Below are positions 59,823 to 64,000 of a stretch of 64,000 bases of DNA, piece after piece; the first letter of the stretch is position 1; each line of letters opens with the position of its first letter. The DNA is from an uncultured Gemmatimonadales bacterium. GTDB lineage: Bacteria > Gemmatimonadota > Gemmatimonadetes > Gemmatimonadales > Gemmatimonadaceae. The stretch lies in NCBI GenBank assembly GCA_963701965.1, contig OY969695.1, positions 3,200,001 through 3,264,000 on the forward strand. Reading direction: 5' to 3'. Made by a program: the position numbers and the translations under genes. The notes under the pieces are model-generated. The model was not told where the DNA came from, searched no databases, and saw nothing but the letters and a program-made list of their open reading frames with translations.

Positions 59823-61295
59823 TCGCCGGCCCGCGGGCGCTAACGCCGCGGCCAACTGCATGACGCCCCGGCGCAGCTCCGCTTCATTCCAGGCCGCGAA
59901 TCCCAGGAGCAGGCCTCTGGGATCCTGTCGTTTCAACGTAAAGCGGTCCAGCGCCAGGGCCTCGACGCCGCGCGCCGCCGCGGCCGCCTCCGCTTGCCGC
60001 GACGTCATGCCGTTCCGGAGCAACGCCGTCGTATAGAGACCGGCTTTCACGCCGGAGATGTCGAGCACGCCGTCGAGGTGGCGCCGCCCGCTCTCGGTCA
60101 GCGCGGCCAGCCGACTGGCGTACAAGTCCCGCATCCGCCGCAGATGGCGTCCCAGATGCCCGTCGGCAATGAAATCGCAGAGCACCGCCTGATCAAAGTG
60201 CACCGAGCGGGAGTCCGTGCGATAGCGGAGCGCCAGGAAGTAATCGGCGAGGGGCTCCGGCACGACGACGTATCCCAGGCGCAGCGAGGGGAACAGGAGC
60301 TTGCTGAACGATCCGGTCAGGATCACGCTCGCGTGCCGGTCGAGGCTTTGCAGCGTCGGAACGGGCCGCTCTTCGAAGCGGTACTCGCTGTCGTAGTCGT
60401 CCTCGATGACGAATGCGCCGGCGCGCGCCGCCCATTTCAGGAGGGCGATGCGCCGTTGGAGCGACATCGTCATGCCCATCGGAAACTGATGGGCGGGCGT
60501 CAGGTACACGCCCTTGGGACGGGGGCACAGCCGGATGCCGTCCGCGACGGAGAGCCCTTCGGTATCCACCGGCACCGGGATGATCTTCGCGCCGACATTG
60601 GCAAAGGCAATGGTGGCGCCGAAGTACCCCGGATCTTCCATCCACACCGGGTCATCCCGCCGGAGGAGGAGGCGCGAGAGGAGATCGAGCGCCTGTTGGA
60701 CGCTGGACACAATGCACACCTGATCGACGTCGCATTGCACGCCGCGTGAGGCGCCGAGGTAGTGCGCGATCGCCTCGCGCAGCGGGCGATATCCCCGGCC
60801 GTCGTCGGCCGTGTCCAACCACGAGCGGAACCCGCGCGCCCGCCGGGCGGCGAGGCGTCCCCACAGCGCCGCGGGAAACTCGGCGATCGCGGGATCCCGC
60901 ATGTGAAACGGCCGCGGCCCGTCGAAGGGCACGAATCCCGCAAAAGCCTTGGGCCGCGCGTACCCGGCAATGACGCGCCGCGCGTAGGCAGGCGGGGTCG
61001 CGGGCTTGGCCCGCGCCGGCTCGCCCGCCGCGACGCGGCGGCTGACCCACGTGCCCGATCCGACGCGGCACAGGACGTACCCTTCCGCCTGCAGGCGCTC
61101 GAACACACCGACGACGGTGCCGCGCGACAGCCGGTGCATCCGCGCGAAATCGCGCGATGCCGGCAACCGCGTGCCGGGCGCCAGCCGTCCCTCGAGAATC
61201 GCCCGGCGCAACTCGCCGTACACCCACGCGGCGAGGGTCTCGCGCCGCGGCCGGCTGCCGAGCGTCAGTTCGAACGCGCTAATGGTTTTGGACAC
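59805..61295 (-). CDS. MocR/GabR-family regulator (GntR HTH + PLP aminotransferase domain)
   Basis: LPASR, SRGTV, EDPGY, TPAHQFP, EDDYDSE, GSFSK, LRLGY. Confidence 0.94.
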   Translation of the reverse strand: MSKTISAFELTLGSRPRRETLAAWVYGELRRAILEGRLAPGTRLPASRDFARMHRLSRGTVVGVFERLQAEGYVLCRVGSGTWVSRRVAAGEPARAKPATPPAYARRVIAGYARPKAFAGFVPFDGPRPFHMRDPAIAEFPAALWGRLAARRARGFRSWLDTADDGRGYRPLREAIAHYLGASRGVQCDVDQVCIVSSVQQALDLLSRLLLRRDDPVWMEDPGYFGATIAFANVGAKIIPVPVDTEGLSVADGIRLCPRPKGVYLTPAHQFPMGMTMSLQRRIALLKWAARAGAFVIEDDYDSEYRFEERPVPTLQSLDRHASVILTGSFSKLLFPSLRLGYVVVPEPLADYFLALRYRTDSRSVHFDQAVLCDFIADGHLGRHLRRMRDLYASRLAALTESGRRHLDGVLDISGVKAGLYTTALLRNGMTSRQAEAAAAARGVEALALDRFTLKRQDPRGLLLGFAAWNEAELRRGVMQLAAALAPAGRRSGLQE

Positions 61296-61304
61296 GGCGC
61301 CAAG

Positions 61305-61348
61305 TGGTACAGTGGTGTCACTGCAAAATGGCTCTAATCCTTGTACCA
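61305..61348. promoter_or_regulatory. Probable MocR operator
   Basis: TGGTAC 61305-10 and GTACCA 61343-48 (perfect inverted pair) plus TGGCTC at 61329, in the divergent gap. Confidence 0.55.
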
Positions 61349-61369
61349 ATCCCACAGTAATATGGGTCG

Positions 61370-62918
61370 ATGCCGAATCTTTTTGCCAAGAAGAACCTGA
61401 CCGATCTGGTCAACGAAGCGGACGACGCGCACGACCTGCGCCGGGTGCTGGGTTCCTGGAACCTCATTACGCTGGGCATCGGAGCGATCATTGGGGCCGG
61501 GATCTTCGTGATCACCGGCCAGGCCGCGGCGCAGTTCGCGGGGCCGGCGATCATCATCTCGTTCGTGCTGGCGGCGATCACGTGCGCCCTCGCCGGCCTG
61601 TGCTACGCGGAATTCGCTTCGATGATCCCGTTGGCCGGGAGCGCCTACACGTACTCCTACGCGACGCTGGGCGAACTCGTAGCCTGGATCATCGGCTGGG
61701 ACCTGATCCTGGAATACGCGTTCGGCGCGGCGACGGTCGCCGTCGGATGGAGCGGCCATCTCCGCGCCTTTCTGGGCGATCTCGGAGTCACGCTGCCGCC
61801 CATTCCCCAGGCGACGATCGCGCTGTTCGGGACCATGGTGCCCGTGAAATTCGATTTCATAGGGTTCGGCGTGATTCTCCTGGTGACGTCGATTCTCGTC
61901 ATCGGGATCAAAGAGTCGGCGAATTTCACCAGCGCGGTCGTTCTTTTGAAAGTCGCCGTCGTGTGTGTCTTCATCACGATCGCGACGGCGTTCCTGGCGA
62001 CGCACCACTGGCAACCGAACCACTGGCAACCGTTTCTCCCGCCCAACACGGGGGAACGGGGGCACTTCGGGTGGTCGGGTGTGCTGCGGGGCGCTGGCGT
62101 CGTCTTCTTTGCCTATATCGGATTCGACGCCGTCTCGACGGCGGCGCAGGAGACGAGGAATCCCAAGCGGGACATGCCGATCGGCCTTCTTGTCCCGCTG
62201 GGCATCTGTACGGTGTTGTACATCATCGTGTCCATGTTGCTGACGCGCCTCGTCCCCTACGACCATTTGAATGTCCCGGATCCGGTGGTGCAGGGCATTC
62301 GGGTCGCGGGACAGCCATGGGCGACTTTCCTGGTAGAATTGGGTGCGCTCGCGGGGTTGGCCAGCGTCATGCTGGTCATGTTGCTCGGCCAGTCCCGGGT
62401 GTTCTACGCGATGTCGCGCGACGGACTGCTCTGGCCCTGGGCGTCGAAGATTCATCCGCGCTTTCAGACGCCGTATATTAGCTCGATCGTCGTCGGTTTC
62501 GTCGTTGCCGTGCTGGCGATGTTGTTGCCTCTGAGCGTGCTGGATGAGATGACGAGCGTCGGCACCCTCCTGGCCTTCGCCCTGGTGAGCGCCGGCGTGC
62601 TGGTCATGCGCAAGACCCATCCGCACCTGGAACGGGCGTTCAAGACGCCGTTCGTGCCGATCGTGCCCGGTGCTCTCGATCATCTTCTCGGTCGGCTTGA
62701 TTCTCTCACTGGCGCTGGCGACACAGATCCGGCTGATCGTCTGGCTCCTGATCGGTCTCGTCATCTATTTCAATTACGGACAGAAACACAGCAAGGTGCA
62801 GCGGTCTATGAACGCGGCGGACCGAGATATAACTTCGGCGGATGACTCTCGCGCCGATGCTCCTCATGCTGCTGCTGCAGCCGCCCGTCCGCGCCCGGGA
62901 TCTCGGCGTGCCCTTTGA
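61370..62918 (+). CDS. APC-family amino acid permease, frameshifted at ~62667
   Basis: GIGAIIGAGIF, CYAEFAS..P.AGSAYTY, FAYIGFD, RVFYAMSRDG; last two TM helices lie in the +1 frame (ORF 62670..62918). True end uncertain. Confidence 0.9.
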
Positions 62919-64000
62919 GGGCACGCCCGGCGCGCACAATGCGATCACCGATGTGCCGGGGGTGGAAGTCGGGTTGACCACGCTCATCTCGGGCGAAGGG
63001 GAAGGGGCCGTGCGCACCGGGGTGACCGCGATCTTGCCGCGCGGGAAGATGTCCAAAGACCCGGTGTTCGCCGGGTTTTTCTCGCAGAACGGCAACGGCG
63101 AGATGACCGGCATGGAGTGGCTGCAGGAGGGCGGCTTCCTCGAAGGACCCGTGATGATCACGAACACGCACAGCGTGGGCGTGGTGCGGGATGCCGTCAT
63201 CGCCTGGGAAGTGAAGCATCAGGCCGACCAGACGCCCAAGGGCATCGGTCAGTATCCGTGGTCCCTCCCCGTGGTCGCCGAGACGTTCGACGGCGGGCTC
63301 AATGACGTCAACGGATTCCACGTGCATCCCGACGACGCATTCCACGCGCTCGACGTCGCCGCGACGGGCCCGGTCACCGAGGGGAACGTGGGCGGCGGCA
63401 CGGGCATGCGGTGCTTTGGATTCAAGGGCGGCACCGGCACCGCGTCCCGCGCGCTCACCGCGGCGCAGGGCGGGTACGTCGTCGGCGTGCTCGTGCAGTG
63501 CAATACCGGCTCCCGCAGCCAGCTCCGGATCGCGGGCGTCCCGGTCGGTCAGCTGGTGACGCCGGCGGCGCCGGTCCGGACGTCCGGTGAATTATCCGGA
63601 TGATCCCGGACCGCGATGTCGGATCGATCATCATCGTCGTCGCCACGAATGCGCCGCTCACCTCGACGCAGTTGGACCGACTGTGCAAGCGGGCCACCTC
63701 GGACTCGGCCGCGTCGGCGGCACGTCGGGCGACGGGTCGGGCGACATCTTCATGTCGTTCTCGACCGCGAATCCGCTGGCCGACGATATTGGCATTCGGA
63801 CGCCCGGGCGCCGCCGCGGCCCCGGAGAGTCAGGTGGCCCACATCGACATGCTCCACAACGACGCGATGGACCCGCTCTTCCTGGCGACCATCCAGGCCA
63901 CCGAGGAATCCATCGTGAATGCACTCGTCGGCGCGCGGACCATGACCGGACGGAGCGGGCGGACCATTGAGGCGCTGCCGCCCGACCAGTTGCAGGCGCT
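62842..64000 (+). CDS. dmpA: DmpA/P1 (S58) L-aminopeptidase/D-amidase, several frameshifts, runs off window
   Basis: RARDLG, NAITDVPGVEVG, TNTHSVG, EGNVGGGTGM..FGFKGGTGTASR; in shifted frames DVGSIIIVVATNAP (Gly-Ser autocleavage), GSGDIF, ATEESIVNAL. Confidence 0.88.

Noticed and set aside
62660..63800. Programmed frameshifting or true pseudogenisation of the permease and dmpA; in-frame TGA at 63601
   Set aside because: The shifts are single-base indels in C runs or at CATTC, there are no slippery heptamers, and conserved motifs resume intact, so sequence error is more likely.
1..64000. CRISPR arrays, tRNA/rRNA, IS elements, prophage or defence genes
   Set aside because: None recognised by eye. 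Small structured RNAs cannot be excluded without covariance-model searches.

Overview
High-GC bacterial DNA, densely coding with about 50 genes. Gene content suggests Gemmatimonadota (inference: SusC/SusD pair with FecI/FecR, carboxypeptidase-regulatory/plug-only proteins, ADOP permease, ECF-Ser/Thr kinase pair). I recognised no rRNA, tRNA, CRISPR array, integrase or transposase. Main modules: (1) a TonB receptor/heme-type ABC uptake operon with a REC-PAS-CxxC signalling gene inside it; (2) an ECF sigma + Ser/Thr kinase-TPR + FHA operon facing a beta-propeller lipoprotein; (3) an ArsR-controlled alpha/beta hydrolase-LivJ-like binding-protein fusion; (4) a redox/detoxification cluster (SDR, epoxide-hydrolase-like, MOSC-FNR-2Fe2S, TMEM175 remnant, CGNR zinc-finger regulator) whose promoters share three copies of a TAAC-N21-GTTA palindrome; (5) an operon of a DyP peroxidase, two unknown proteins and an outer-membrane channel; (6) sigma/FecR/SusC/SusD/hydrolase; (7) many secreted hydrolases and peptidases, a pseudo-receiver-TM-trypsin fusion, and a MocR regulator facing an amino-acid permease and DmpA. 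Several genes are frameshifted, mostly at CATC read as CATTC, which looks like a systematic sequencing artefact rather than true pseudogenisation. All family calls come from motif recognition by eye; no database searches were run.
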